Source of the DNA: a virus
DNA length: 64,000 bases
Direction: 5' to 3' (one strand)
IMG/VR virus record: IMGVR_UViG_3300044568_002423
Shown here: piece after piece, positions 1 to 10,146 of the stretch
Position numbering within the stretch: the stretch's first letter is position 1
Layout of the letters: each line of letters starts with the position of its first letter
Notes under the pieces: model-generated
Seen by the model: the letters and a program-made list of their open reading frames with translations, nothing else
What the model was told of the DNA's origin: nothing
Database searches by the model: none
Program-made: the position numbers and the translations under genes

Positions 1-16
1 TCGTAAAGGGAAAGAT

Positions 17-2542
17 ATGGCAGGTCAACGTACCGCAATAATTGCAAATGATTACAACGTAATTCAATCAAAACTATCACAAGTGCTGGGCACTGGGTCT
101 GGAGATTTTGGATACGGACAGACAGTGACTAGTTCTCAGTCGATTCCACAAATACCTATCACGGCGGCGAAATGGAATTTATTAAGAGATGATTTATTAA
201 AAGCACGCCAACACCAATCTGGCGCAGATGAAAGTGGCAATATACCAATTTTAACGCATGCAAGTGTGATAGCTGAGGCGTATCGTTCATCAATTAATTC
301 GATGGCAGATTTGGTAACAACTAATCGATTGGTCATTCCGCCAAGTAATCAAGCAACTAGGGATACTATTTTAACTAGTGTGCGAACAACTCCGTGGAAT
401 AATACATTGACGCATACCGTTACTGTTAATTTTTCTAGCACGGCCGCAGCTAGGTATTTTTTTAATACTGGCAGTTCATTAGATATTTCTGCTTCTAGAA
501 CAGGTGGTACGGTTGGTCTTAAGAATAGCTCATGGACTACCATGTTGACAAATATGGGTAGGATTAGTTTACGACATAGTAATTCTGCTGTATCTGGGAC
601 AGGCACAGTTTCATCATCTATTGGATGGACTGATTTAACCACCGTCGATCAACTATTATTTGTAAAATATACAGAAACTCCAACGTATACACCTAATCAA
701 TATGATATATATGTTAAAAGTGGGGTTGATACCGCGCAAATAATATTCACAATAACATTTGCAGATTTGTCCGGATATATTCCAGATCCACCGGAAGGTA
801 TTGATGAGAATATCAATGGTACTTTAACTTCGATCATTGAAGTTTATCGCGCATCTGGAAATAACGTTTCAGTCACATCTCCGTCTGCCCTTGGTGCGTT
901 AAGTGGCGGTGCGGTGGTTCCGGTGTATCATGTATCTCCTAATGTTACAACGGTTAATGAAGGTGGAAGTGTTGTATTCACGGTATCGACGTCTGATGTA
1001 CCTGACAACACCACATTATATTGGACAACGTCTAATACAATGACAACGTCTGATTTTGCCGATAACGTGCTAACTGGTACCGTCATAATAGTTAATGATA
1101 TTGGGACAATTACCAGAACTGTGCGTAATGATTATACAACAGAAGGTGGTGAGACATTTATTCTTTCTATCCGTACCGGGTCGACATCAGGAACAATTGT
1201 CGCGAATAGTGCAGCAGTGGTAATTAATGACACCTCAATTGAAACATACCAAGTTACTGCTAGTACTTCGGCTGTTAATGAAGGTTCTAGTGTAGTATTC
1301 ACTGTCACCACACAAGGCGTGCCTAATGGAACAACCTTATATTGGTCAAATAGTGGCAACACCAGTGCTGCGGATTTTACCGATAGTGCAATAAGTGGGT
1401 CATTTGTCATTAATTCCAATAGTGGCAGTATAACTAGAACATTAACAAATGACTATCTAACTGATCCGGGACAAACTGTCCAACTACAAATAAGAACTGG
1501 ATCAACATCTGGGCCAGTTAAAGTGACTAGCTCATCTGTCGCCGTTAATGACACCTCAGTTGAAACATACCAAATAACACCTGACGTATCATCTGTCAGT
1601 GAAGGTGGTAGTGTCAACTTCACTATAAGCACGGTAGGGGTTCCAAATAATACAACCCTTTACTGGGATACCTCTGGATCTTCTTCTGCTTATGACTTTA
1701 CTTCAGGAACTTTATACGGCACAGTGCTTATAAATGCCAATACAGGCAGTATCACTAGAACTTTAGTAAATGATGGTTTGTCAGAGCCGGCAGAACCATT
1801 TACAATAAATTTAAGGACTGGGTCAACAGCTGGTCCAATTAAGGCAACAAGCTCAGTTGTTACAATAACAGCTAACGGAAGTTTAACTTTCTTAAGTACT
1901 TCACAATGGACTGCACCAGCTGGTACTTATCAAATACAATTTAGTGTAACAGGTGGTAGAGGTGGTCAAGGTGGTTCTGATGTAGTCGCTGGACACGTAG
2001 GGTTCAACGGGTCTACCGTTACTGGAACTGCATCCGTGATACCGGGAACTGTTTATGACATGATTGTCGGTGCTATTGGAGGAAATGGAGCCAATGGTAC
2101 AGGTTCTGGCGGCGGCGCCGGAGCTGCCGCTGGATTAGCTGGATATGCTGGTGGTAGAGGTGGAAATGCGGGATCATATTATAAATCAAATTCAGGCGGT
2201 GGAGGCGGTGGTGGTGCTCCATCATGGATCAGATCTACTGGTGGTTCTGTACTTGTAGTTGCTGGTGGTGGCGGCGGAGGCGGTGGAGCCGGTAGACAAG
2301 GCGGAGCCGGAACACAAACTGGTGGAACTTCAGGTTCTGGGACTGGCGGTCAAGGCGGCACTGGTGGTTTTGATGGAGGCGGCGGAGGAGGCGGCGGCGG
2401 CGGTTATCCACTTGGTGGTGCCGGCGGACCGATTACTGCCCAGGATTATACAGGTTATTCGGGTGCGAATGGGCAATCAACCGGTGGATCTGTAGCAGCA
2501 CCTGGAAATAATTCAACAGCTAATATCGTTATTTCATGGTAA
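17..2542 (+). CDS. Virion/tail fibre-like protein: N-terminal structural domain, 3 Ig/Calx-beta-like repeats, Gly-rich C-terminal domain
   Basis: Three ~105-aa repeats 'VNEG.SV.FTV.T..VP..TTLYW...DF...I.RT..ND', then a polyglycine C-terminus; paralog of the next gene. Confidence 0.75.
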   Translation: MAGQRTAIIANDYNVIQSKLSQVLGTGSGDFGYGQTVTSSQSIPQIPITAAKWNLLRDDLLKARQHQSGADESGNIPILTHASVIAEAYRSSINSMADLVTTNRLVIPPSNQATRDTILTSVRTTPWNNTLTHTVTVNFSSTAAARYFFNTGSSLDISASRTGGTVGLKNSSWTTMLTNMGRISLRHSNSAVSGTGTVSSSIGWTDLTTVDQLLFVKYTETPTYTPNQYDIYVKSGVDTAQIIFTITFADLSGYIPDPPEGIDENINGTLTSIIEVYRASGNNVSVTSPSALGALSGGAVVPVYHVSPNVTTVNEGGSVVFTVSTSDVPDNTTLYWTTSNTMTTSDFADNVLTGTVIIVNDIGTITRTVRNDYTTEGGETFILSIRTGSTSGTIVANSAAVVINDTSIETYQVTASTSAVNEGSSVVFTVTTQGVPNGTTLYWSNSGNTSAADFTDSAISGSFVINSNSGSITRTLTNDYLTDPGQTVQLQIRTGSTSGPVKVTSSSVAVNDTSVETYQITPDVSSVSEGGSVNFTISTVGVPNNTTLYWDTSGSSSAYDFTSGTLYGTVLINANTGSITRTLVNDGLSEPAEPFTINLRTGSTAGPIKATSSVVTITANGSLTFLSTSQWTAPAGTYQIQFSVTGGRGGQGGSDVVAGHVGFNGSTVTGTASVIPGTVYDMIVGAIGGNGANGTGSGGGAGAAAGLAGYAGGRGGNAGSYYKSNSGGGGGGGAPSWIRSTGGSVLVVAGGGGGGGGAGRQGGAGTQTGGTSGSGTGGQGGTGGFDGGGGGGGGGGYPLGGAGGPITAQDYTGYSGANGQSTGGSVAAPGNNSTANIVISW

Positions 2543-2563
2543 TAAAAGGAATTTTAAATATAG

Positions 2564-5107
2564 ATGGCTGGTAAAAATACAAAACCAATAATAAGTGATT
2601 ATAATACCATACAGAAGAATATAGCGGCGGTATTAGGTTCAGGTGGGACTAATCCCGCTACGGATATCGCCGACAATACATTTGGGTATGGCTTATCTGT
2701 GTTGAGTAGCCAGGTATCGGCGTATGCTAAAATTTCAACTAGCCGATGGTCTAATTTGCGGACTGACATATTAAAATCTCGACAGCACCAAACTGGTGCT
2801 ACTGAAGTATTAACGGTCCCAACCCAAGATGTTACAATCGCAGAAACTGACAGGGCAGCATATTCTGCTATGGCCGACTTAGTTGTAGCTAATAGATTAG
2901 TTATGCCTCCAAGCGGTCAAGCAACCAAAACCTCTACACAACATGTACGATCAACAGCGTGGAATAACGATCTGTATGTGTATTTTACTGCCACATTTGC
3001 CGCAGCTGCTGACCCTATGTATTTTTTTAATACTGGTGGGTATTTTGATGTAATTGCTTCTAGAGCAGGTGGTACAGTTGGTCTAAAGAATACTTCTTGG
3101 ACTACTATGTTGACAAATATGGGAACACTGAGATTTAATCGTTATAATACAACTAGGATTGATACCGGGGGTACAACAACAGTCGTGTCCTCAATAGGAT
3201 GGACATCGTTAAGCTCATCACCTCAATTGATATATCAAAAATTAACAGAAGCACCAACCTATTCTCCAAATAAATTTGAAATTTATGTACAAGCAGGGGG
3301 CGGTCCATCTACACAAATTATATTTACCTTATTATATTACGATGCGTCGGGGAACCTAAATCCACCGACCGATATGGATCAGAATGTCGATGGTACATTA
3401 ACTTCTACCTTTGGTATTTACAGAGCAACTGGTGTCAACGTTTCAGTTTTGGCTCCTTCTGTTGCTGCTACTATGGCTGGTGGTGCGCTTGCTCCTGTAT
3501 ATAGCTTATCTCCAAATGTTACATCTGTTAACGAAGCTGCAAGTGTTGTATTCACAGTATCGACATCTAATGTAACTGATAACACCACATTATATTGGTC
3601 CACATCTGGCTCGACAGCTGCGGCTGATTTTACTGATAGTTCGACAACTGGTACTGTCGTCATAGTTAGTAATACTGGGACGATTACCAGAACATTAAGC
3701 GGCGAACATGTAACAGAAGGAAGTGAAACATTTTCTCTTTCTCTCCGTACCGGATCGACAGCAGGCCCTATCGTTGCGAATAGTACAGCATCAGTGACAG
3801 TTAACGATACATCTATTGAAACATATCAAGTTACTGCGCCGGCCTCAGTTGATGAAGGTTCTAACGCAGTATTCACTGTAACCACACAAGGCGTACCAAA
3901 TGGAACAACCTTATATTGGGTAAATGTTGGTGACACCAGTGCTGCGGACTTTACCGATAGTGCAATGAGTGGGTCATTTACCATTAATTCCAATAGTGGC
4001 AGCATAACTAGAACATTAACAAATGACACTACAAGTGATCCTGGCGAGTCGATACAACTACAAATAAGAACTGCATCGACGTCTGGTCCACTTAAAGTAA
4101 CCAGCTCATCGGTCACAGTCAATGATACGTCAGTCGAGGAATACTACATAACAGAGAACGTATCTTCTGTCGGTGAAGGTGGCAGTGTTACCTTCACTGT
4201 AAGCACTGTAGGGATTCCTAATGGGACAACTCTTTACTGGAATACCTCTGGGTCTGTTACTGCGGCTGACTTTACTTCAGGAACTTTATCCGGGACTGTG
4301 GTTAATACAGGCACTATTACCAGGACTTTGTCAAATGATGGCGTTGAAGAAGGTGCTGAATCATTCACGCTCAATTTAAGGACTGGGTCAACAGCTGGTC
4401 CAATTAAGGCAACGAGCGGAACTGTAAATGTTCGGGCTAATGGAAGTTTATCCACGACATCTACTACACAATGGACTGCACCAACCGGAATTACGCAAAT
4501 ACAATTTAGTGTAACAGGTGGTAGAGGTGGTAATGGTGGTTCTGATGTAGTCGCTGGACACGTAGGGTTCAACGGGTCTACCGTTACTGGAACTGCGACT
4601 GTAGTACCAGGTACTACATATAACCTGATTGTCGGTGCTATTGGTGGCAATGGAGCCAATGGCACAGGTTCTGGCGGCGGCGCCGGAGCTGCCGCTGGAG
4701 TAGCGGGATATGCTGGCGGTAACGGTGGAGCTGCGGGATCATATTATAAATCGAATTCAGGAGGCGGAGGCGGTGGTGGTGCTCCATCATGGATCAGATC
4801 TACTGGTGGTACTGTACTTGTAGTTGCTGGAGGAGGCGGCGGAGGCGGCGGAGCCGGTAAACAAGGCGGGGCTGGATCACAAATTGGCGGAACTTCAGGT
4901 TCTGGGACTGGCGGTCAAGGCGGCACTGGTGGTTTTGATGGAGGCGGCGGAGGAGGCGGCGGCGGCGGTTATCCACTTGGTGGTGCCGGCGGACCGATTA
5001 CTGCCCAGGATTATACAGGTCGTTCAGGTGCGAATGGGCAATCAACTGGTGGATCTGTAGCAGCACCTGGGAGTAATGCAACCGCTAATATTGCTATTTC
5101 ATGGTAA
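2564..5107 (+). CDS. Tandem paralog of 17..2542 (virion/tail fibre-like protein)
   Basis: Same architecture; C-terminal DNA nearly identical to the first copy. Confidence 0.75.
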   Translation: MAGKNTKPIISDYNTIQKNIAAVLGSGGTNPATDIADNTFGYGLSVLSSQVSAYAKISTSRWSNLRTDILKSRQHQTGATEVLTVPTQDVTIAETDRAAYSAMADLVVANRLVMPPSGQATKTSTQHVRSTAWNNDLYVYFTATFAAAADPMYFFNTGGYFDVIASRAGGTVGLKNTSWTTMLTNMGTLRFNRYNTTRIDTGGTTTVVSSIGWTSLSSSPQLIYQKLTEAPTYSPNKFEIYVQAGGGPSTQIIFTLLYYDASGNLNPPTDMDQNVDGTLTSTFGIYRATGVNVSVLAPSVAATMAGGALAPVYSLSPNVTSVNEAASVVFTVSTSNVTDNTTLYWSTSGSTAAADFTDSSTTGTVVIVSNTGTITRTLSGEHVTEGSETFSLSLRTGSTAGPIVANSTASVTVNDTSIETYQVTAPASVDEGSNAVFTVTTQGVPNGTTLYWVNVGDTSAADFTDSAMSGSFTINSNSGSITRTLTNDTTSDPGESIQLQIRTASTSGPLKVTSSSVTVNDTSVEEYYITENVSSVGEGGSVTFTVSTVGIPNGTTLYWNTSGSVTAADFTSGTLSGTVVNTGTITRTLSNDGVEEGAESFTLNLRTGSTAGPIKATSGTVNVRANGSLSTTSTTQWTAPTGITQIQFSVTGGRGGNGGSDVVAGHVGFNGSTVTGTATVVPGTTYNLIVGAIGGNGANGTGSGGGAGAAAGVAGYAGGNGGAAGSYYKSNSGGGGGGGAPSWIRSTGGTVLVVAGGGGGGGGAGKQGGAGSQIGGTSGSGTGGQGGTGGFDGGGGGGGGGGYPLGGAGGPITAQDYTGRSGANGQSTGGSVAAPGSNATANIAISW

Positions 5108-5176
5108 TAAAAGGAATTTTAAATAATGCCAATGGAAGTGATTTAACTACTTTCTGGTAGGAAGTATGGATATGAA

Positions 5177-5199
5177 AATGCCGGCAATAAACCGGCATT
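5177..5199. terminator. Hairpin between convergent genes
   Basis: AATGCCGG-CAATAAA-CCGGCATT. Confidence 0.6.
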
Positions 5200-5245
5200 G
5201 TCTAAAATTAATGATTTTGATTGGTTAACAAACAAATTTAATAAT

Positions 5246-5566
5246 TTATAATTTAAGTTTTTTTGACATTTTTTTGATAGCTTTTTCAACATCCTTTTTG
5301 ATTTTATCAGTATCAATTTTGATATCTACCTTGTAGATGTACTGCTCATAAGATTTTATTAGTTCATCTATATTATCTTCAAATTCCACTAATGTAGCAC
5401 GTCTAGTTTTTGCTGGGATTGGTATTTCCCAGCATTCACCGTCGTTAAATCTTAATAATACTGCATCGACATAATTTAGAGGAACTACATTAAGTTCAAT
5501 CTCTCTAAATAATACCGACCATTCATCTACAGTTGTTTCTATCAGCCCTTCATTATGCTGTCGCAT
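5246..5566 (-). CDS. Hypothetical protein (start uncertain)
   Basis: ORF contiguous with the minus-strand operon. Confidence 0.55.
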   Translation of the reverse strand: MRQHNEGLIETTVDEWSVLFREIELNVVPLNYVDAVLLRFNDGECWEIPIPAKTRRATLVEFEDNIDELIKSYEQYIYKVDIKIDTDKIKKDVEKAIKKMSKKLKL

Positions 5567-6167
5567 TCTGTTTTTTACTAATAGTAGGTACCAATTCCTC
5601 GGCTAATCTGCGAAATTTCGCAGCTTCCTTAGCTAGACGATCGGCATCCGACCTATACTTTTTGGCTTGTAGTTCAGGTGATAAAACTTCAACTACTGTG
5701 TCTAAAACTTCTGGTTCATTTACAGACGCCGATGTTGTTTTTATTGGATCTGATTTAACTTCTGTTTTTTCAACTTCTTTACTAGATTTAATAGATAACT
5801 CATCAACCGCAATACCTTGTTGATCAGCTATTATTTGATTAAGTTCAGATAATATAATAGAGGTAGAATTTGTTGGCAATACTTCAACTTGATTTGTTGG
5901 AACTTTCACCAATCTACCCTGAGCATGTAATGCAGGTAACATTCTACTACCATCTGGAAACTGTGTGCGATCTAGTGCTTCAGCAAATTCATCAGCAGAT
6001 TGGCCAGCATTACTTTCAACTAGGTTGATTAAAGCATCATGATAGCTATCTGGCAGATTTTCAGTTGGTACAACTAAACAACTATACGCATCTCCTGGTA
6101 AAGTACGATATGCTATTAGGCATTTTTTACCAGTAGCAATTACTCTACCGACATGTTTAAGTTCCAT
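5553..6167 (-). CDS. Hypothetical phage protein
   Basis: 204-aa ORF, coupled to neighbours. Confidence 0.7.
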   Translation of the reverse strand: MELKHVGRVIATGKKCLIAYRTLPGDAYSCLVVPTENLPDSYHDALINLVESNAGQSADEFAEALDRTQFPDGSRMLPALHAQGRLVKVPTNQVEVLPTNSTSIILSELNQIIADQQGIAVDELSIKSSKEVEKTEVKSDPIKTTSASVNEPEVLDTVVEVLSPELQAKKYRSDADRLAKEAAKFRRLAEELVPTISKKQNATA

Positions 6168-6406
6168 TATGCGGTACCAGACGCTTCTGCTTGTTTAGCA
6201 ATAGCTTCCAAAAATGTAGTTAATTTTGTATATGTTTGACCAACTGCTACCATTTCATTTGGTTTGAATGCACCACGTGAACTAGCAATATCAATTATTG
6301 ACTTCATAGAATTTAAATCATTGATAGTAAGATCTGATGATTGTTGCTCAGGTTGTGGTTGTTCAGTAGGTGTTGCGTCTTGTTGTGGTTCTTTAATATC
6401 AGTCAT
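6167..6406 (-). CDS. Hypothetical protein
   Basis: AGGAG RBS upstream; stop/start overlap with next gene. Confidence 0.7.
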   Translation of the reverse strand: MTDIKEPQQDATPTEQPQPEQQSSDLTINDLNSMKSIIDIASSRGAFKPNEMVAVGQTYTKLTTFLEAIAKQAEASGTA

Positions 6407-6441
6407 GTTATCTCCTTATATATAACTTTTGTTTTGTATAC

Positions 6442-6729
6442 TTATCTTGTGTGAATATGAGGACATGCAATTGTGAAAAAAGTAATTTCTTTTTCACTTT
6501 CAAATCCTATGTTAGTATTATACACTATTGTATTGGTATTGTCAAGTGTTATTCCTTGTCCAATATAATATCTACTATTTAAGTTTTGCATTATCCATCC
6601 ATTGATAATTTTGATTAAATATGGATTGTATTTATTAAGAGTAAAATATTTGAAATGAGGACAAGCATATTTTACTCTCCTCAAATCGTAATAATTAAGT
6701 GAATTAGGAATGCCGTTTTTCAATGACAT
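6442..6729 (-). CDS. Hypothetical protein
   Basis: Start overlaps the stop of the VWA gene. Confidence 0.6.
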   Translation of the reverse strand: MSLKNGIPNSLNYYDLRRVKYACPHFKYFTLNKYNPYLIKIINGWIMQNLNSRYYIGQGITLDNTNTIVYNTNIGFESEKEITFFTIACPHIHTR

Positions 6730-7940
6730 TATGCTAATTCACCAGCACGTTCATAATATGCGTATTCACCAAATGGCGGGACAGTTGTATCATTTCCGTG
6801 AATAATAAATACAGTATCGCAATAATCTTCATCGCCCCATGAACCACATGGATATCCATCTGTAAACATTATAAACTTTTTTGGAGTGATATCATGGTCA
6901 TTCATATATTTCCAGTTAACTGAAAAATCAGTACCGCCACCACCCATTGGTTCATAATTATCAAAGTCATCCATACTATACCCATCAAAATCTTGTTCAT
7001 TATAAACTTCAGTATCGAAACACCATAGCTTAATTTTGAAATCTTGATATTCTTGCATGATGCCTTTAATTTCACTTAGAAAATCAGTAGCTTGTGTATC
7101 AGTTATAGAACCAGACATATCTATCGCAACGCAAATATCTATAGCTTCTTGTACATTGCTTCCGGGTAATACTGCACACATATGCCATGCTTTTCGACTA
7201 GGACGCATCCATGTATAATCACTTTTAATTATGCTTTGAATTTGTTGGCGTAAAATTTCTCGCCAATTCATTTTTGGTTCAACTAACTCTTTGATCATTC
7301 TTTGAATCATAGCTGGTGTATTACCAGCACCAGATGCTTGTGCTGCAGCCATAACTGCTTCCGTTACTTCACTTCGAATTTGGCGCAATTCTTCTTTGGT
7401 ATATACTGGTCTGCCATTTGGATCATTTTTATCACCAGCGCCATCACCATCTTCCCAGTCGATATGTTGATCCAGCAATTCTCCCAATTTATCCAACATC
7501 TCATCATTATGATCTTTTAATATATCATATATTTCTTCGGCACCCATTCCATAATATTTGGTATCATGCAGGATAGTAATACCATCAATAACAGAATTAC
7601 CTATATTATCACGCACAATCTGTCCATTTACACAATAATCAGTCGCAAAGTTAAAGATTTTAGGATGCCTATCATCTCGTCGACTAAAGTGATCAAACGC
7701 ATTATGTAAGATTTCATGTGCCAATACAAATTGAATTTGTGGTATGGACAATGGGGCGAAGAATTCTCTATTAAAAAAGATATGTCTTCCATCAGTAGCT
7801 GCAGTAGTACACCAATCACCACTTTCTTTAATAGTTAATCGAGTTGCTAAATTACCAAAGAATGGGTGTTTTAATAACAAACCAACTCTAGCAGTGATTA
7901 TTTTATCAATAATATTATTTAATACTACATCGTTTGACAT
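6729..7940 (-). CDS. Putative metallopeptidase + VWA-like domain protein (DUF2201-type)
   Basis: HExxH (AHEILH); MIDAS DMSGS; GGGTDF; MFTDGY. Confidence 0.85.
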   Translation of the reverse strand: MSNDVVLNNIIDKIITARVGLLLKHPFFGNLATRLTIKESGDWCTTAATDGRHIFFNREFFAPLSIPQIQFVLAHEILHNAFDHFSRRDDRHPKIFNFATDYCVNGQIVRDNIGNSVIDGITILHDTKYYGMGAEEIYDILKDHNDEMLDKLGELLDQHIDWEDGDGAGDKNDPNGRPVYTKEELRQIRSEVTEAVMAAAQASGAGNTPAMIQRMIKELVEPKMNWREILRQQIQSIIKSDYTWMRPSRKAWHMCAVLPGSNVQEAIDICVAIDMSGSITDTQATDFLSEIKGIMQEYQDFKIKLWCFDTEVYNEQDFDGYSMDDFDNYEPMGGGGTDFSVNWKYMNDHDITPKKFIMFTDGYPCGSWGDEDYCDTVFIIHGNDTTVPPFGEYAYYERAGELA

Positions 7941-7952
7941 ATCTATTCCTAA

Positions 7953-9035
7953 TTAGTTAGTAATTGCAGCTGATATATACTTTCCGTATTTTTTATGAAA
8001 TTCTGAAAAACATTTAATTTCATCTACATCTAATGGCAACTTATATGTATTTAAAGCAAGTTTGGTCCCCATGATGACTAATTCGGTTTCAAAATTTGCC
8101 ATCATAAATTCAAAGAAATTATCTACCTGCTTATTCCAATCCGCATCCTTACGTGATGCTGCATCTTTTAGTTCGTAGCATAATCCAACTGTCAATGAAT
8201 ACATTGCTGAAATTTCTTTATAATCAAGAGTTTTAACTTTGCCTTTCAATATATCAGATGGATTAGGTAGCTTGCCAGCTAATTTTTGATAAGCACCAAA
8301 TTTAATAGCAGTACCCTCACCAACAGAACCAGCAATTAATGTCATCAATGTATCTTCATCGGTGTCATCTTCTGTTAATAATTCACTAACGAAGCTCCAT
8401 GAACGAGGAGTTGAAAATGCTCGTGAACTAGATTTTGGATCAAAATCATATAAGTTCCCCTTTGACCAATTTAAAAATCCAACAATATTTTTATGTATTT
8501 TATTTTCAGTAGCCCATTCAAACCAATCATCAAATGAATGTGTCATTTCTAAATGAATGAAACGATTTGATAAAGGTGCTGGCATTCTATAAGTGACGCC
8601 TTTATCTGATTCACGATTACCAGCTGCAACAATAACAACATTGTCAGGTAAGACATATGTTCCAACTTTGCGATTTAACACTAGTTGATATGCCGCTGAT
8701 TGTACACTTGGTGCTGCAGAATTCATTTCATCTAAAAATAAAATGACCCGTTCAAATTGTGAAGCAAGTAGCAAGCTTGGCAATTCTTCTGGTGGTGCCC
8801 ACTTCATAGTTCCTGTTTTATCATCAAAATATGGAACACCCTTAATATCGGTCGGGTCCCATAAAGACAAACGAACGTCAATTACTAATGAATTAGATTC
8901 AACTCCAATTTGTTTAATAAGATCCGATTTACCAATTCCTGGAGGTCCCCAAATAAAAATAGGACGTTTAACTTTTAACGCTTTATTTAATGCTTTTTTG
9001 GCTGATTTAGGTCCTACTGAACGATTTTCACTCAT
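7953..9035 (-). CDS. MoxR-like AAA+ ATPase
   Basis: Walker A GPPGIGKS, Walker B ILFLDE, AAGN, PLSNRF; adjacent to the VWA gene. Confidence 0.85.
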   Translation of the reverse strand: MSENRSVGPKSAKKALNKALKVKRPIFIWGPPGIGKSDLIKQIGVESNSLVIDVRLSLWDPTDIKGVPYFDDKTGTMKWAPPEELPSLLLASQFERVILFLDEMNSAAPSVQSAAYQLVLNRKVGTYVLPDNVVIVAAGNRESDKGVTYRMPAPLSNRFIHLEMTHSFDDWFEWATENKIHKNIVGFLNWSKGNLYDFDPKSSSRAFSTPRSWSFVSELLTEDDTDEDTLMTLIAGSVGEGTAIKFGAYQKLAGKLPNPSDILKGKVKTLDYKEISAMYSLTVGLCYELKDAASRKDADWNKQVDNFFEFMMANFETELVIMGTKLALNTYKLPLDVDEIKCFSEFHKKYGKYISAAITN

Positions 9036-9072
9036 TTGTATATCTCATATGGTTGTTAAAAAGTAAGATTAA

Positions 9073-9101
9073 ATTATACTTAATGATAATATAATTGTCA
9101 A
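9073..9101 (-). promoter_or_regulatory. Consensus sigma70 (early) promoter
   Basis: TTGACA-17 nt-TATAAT exact. Confidence 0.85.
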
Positions 9102-9152
9102 GTATATTTTAGTTTTTATTTTTTACTGTGTTGTGTTAAGAAGTAAAATTGA

Positions 9153-9181
9153 ATTATACATAAGATTGACATGGGTGTCAA
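9153..9181 (-). promoter_or_regulatory. Second consensus sigma70 promoter upstream of the AAA ATPase
   Basis: TTGACA-17 nt-TATAAT exact. Confidence 0.8.
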
Positions 9182-9580
9182 CTAATAATTATTTTCTATA
9201 TGCTGACGGTCTTTCAATGACTTTATAATACCATATTTTCTAATATCGTCAGAGAATAAATGTAATTCAAAACTCTTCAATTCAGAAAAAACAACAATGC
9301 GTTGATTGGTTAGGTAAAATGGGCAATTGATATACCGTGCTAAAAATATAAGAGTTTGTGGACTAGCATGTATTTCTTCTGTAAAAGGTACATCATATGA
9401 TTTTAGATCAAGTGTACCAATTAAAAAATCCAATCCTTCTTCGGTCAATCTATAATTTGATTTGTCCGATACTCTATTTGATTTCCACCATCTACGTGAA
9501 TAAAATAATACGTTGGCCTCATCAGTACTTTTTTCCCACTGGGTTAAAAAAATTTTAGTGAGAGCATCACGGTTGATCAT
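9182..9580 (-). CDS. Hypothetical protein
   Basis: ATGA overlap with the upstream gene. Confidence 0.65.
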   Translation of the reverse strand: MINRDALTKIFLTQWEKSTDEANVLFYSRRWWKSNRVSDKSNYRLTEEGLDFLIGTLDLKSYDVPFTEEIHASPQTLIFLARYINCPFYLTNQRIVVFSELKSFELHLFSDDIRKYGIIKSLKDRQHIENNY

Positions 9581-9861
9581 TTTACAACAATTCCATTTGT
9601 TAATTTGACTACTTGAAAATCTTTACAATTAAATTGTTCATTTAATTTGTGTGATAAATTATGGGCATGCCCTGGATTCGAAAAACTAGTTTTCTTATAT
9701 TTTGGTCCAGGATAACTAGTAATAGTATTAAAACTCTTTAAATTAAACGCAGCATCTTTATAGAACACAGCCCATACTGCTTCTGCTTCTAAAATCTGCT
9801 CAGTCTTATATGATATCTTATCAAATTTTTCTATTAATACTGTTGGTTTGGGTCTAGCCAT
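9577..9861 (-). CDS. Hypothetical protein
   Basis: RBS AGGA; GATAAATA site upstream. Confidence 0.7.
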   Translation of the reverse strand: MARPKPTVLIEKFDKISYKTEQILEAEAVWAVFYKDAAFNLKSFNTITSYPGPKYKKTSFSNPGHAHNLSHKLNEQFNCKDFQVVKLTNGIVVK

Positions 9862-9889
9862 TATTATACGTTCCTATTAACTACGTATA

Positions 9890-9897
9890 TATTTATC
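9890..9897 (-). promoter_or_regulatory. T4-late-like promoter GATAAATA
   Basis: Same octamer recurs in intergenic gaps before genes. Confidence 0.55.
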
Positions 9898-10146
9898 TTA
9901 TTTTTCGATGCCGAATCCACCGCCGTCCATTGTAACAGAGACCACTTCATTGTCAACTGATTTTTTAAGAGAATTATACATACTTTCATAATCGGTATTT
10001 ATTTTATCCATTATTTCAGCCAGTGCTAAATTCAACAGTCTCGCTTGTTGAATTTGCATTTTAATTTCTCTTTGTTGACCTAACTCAGCTGCGCGTAACA
10101 GCTGAATAAATTGAGTGATTGGGGTTAAGTTTATTTGAGATTGCAT
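9898..10146 (-). CDS. Hypothetical protein
   Basis: ORF in operon. Confidence 0.6.
   Translation of the reverse strand: MQSQINLTPITQFIQLLRAAELGQQREIKMQIQQARLLNLALAEIMDKINTDYESMYNSLKKSVDNEVVSVTMDGGGFGIEK

Noticed and set aside
1900-5107. Near-identical C-terminal repeats as a DGR template/variable pair
   Set aside because: Both copies are coding, differences are not adenine-restricted, and no reverse transcriptase is in the window
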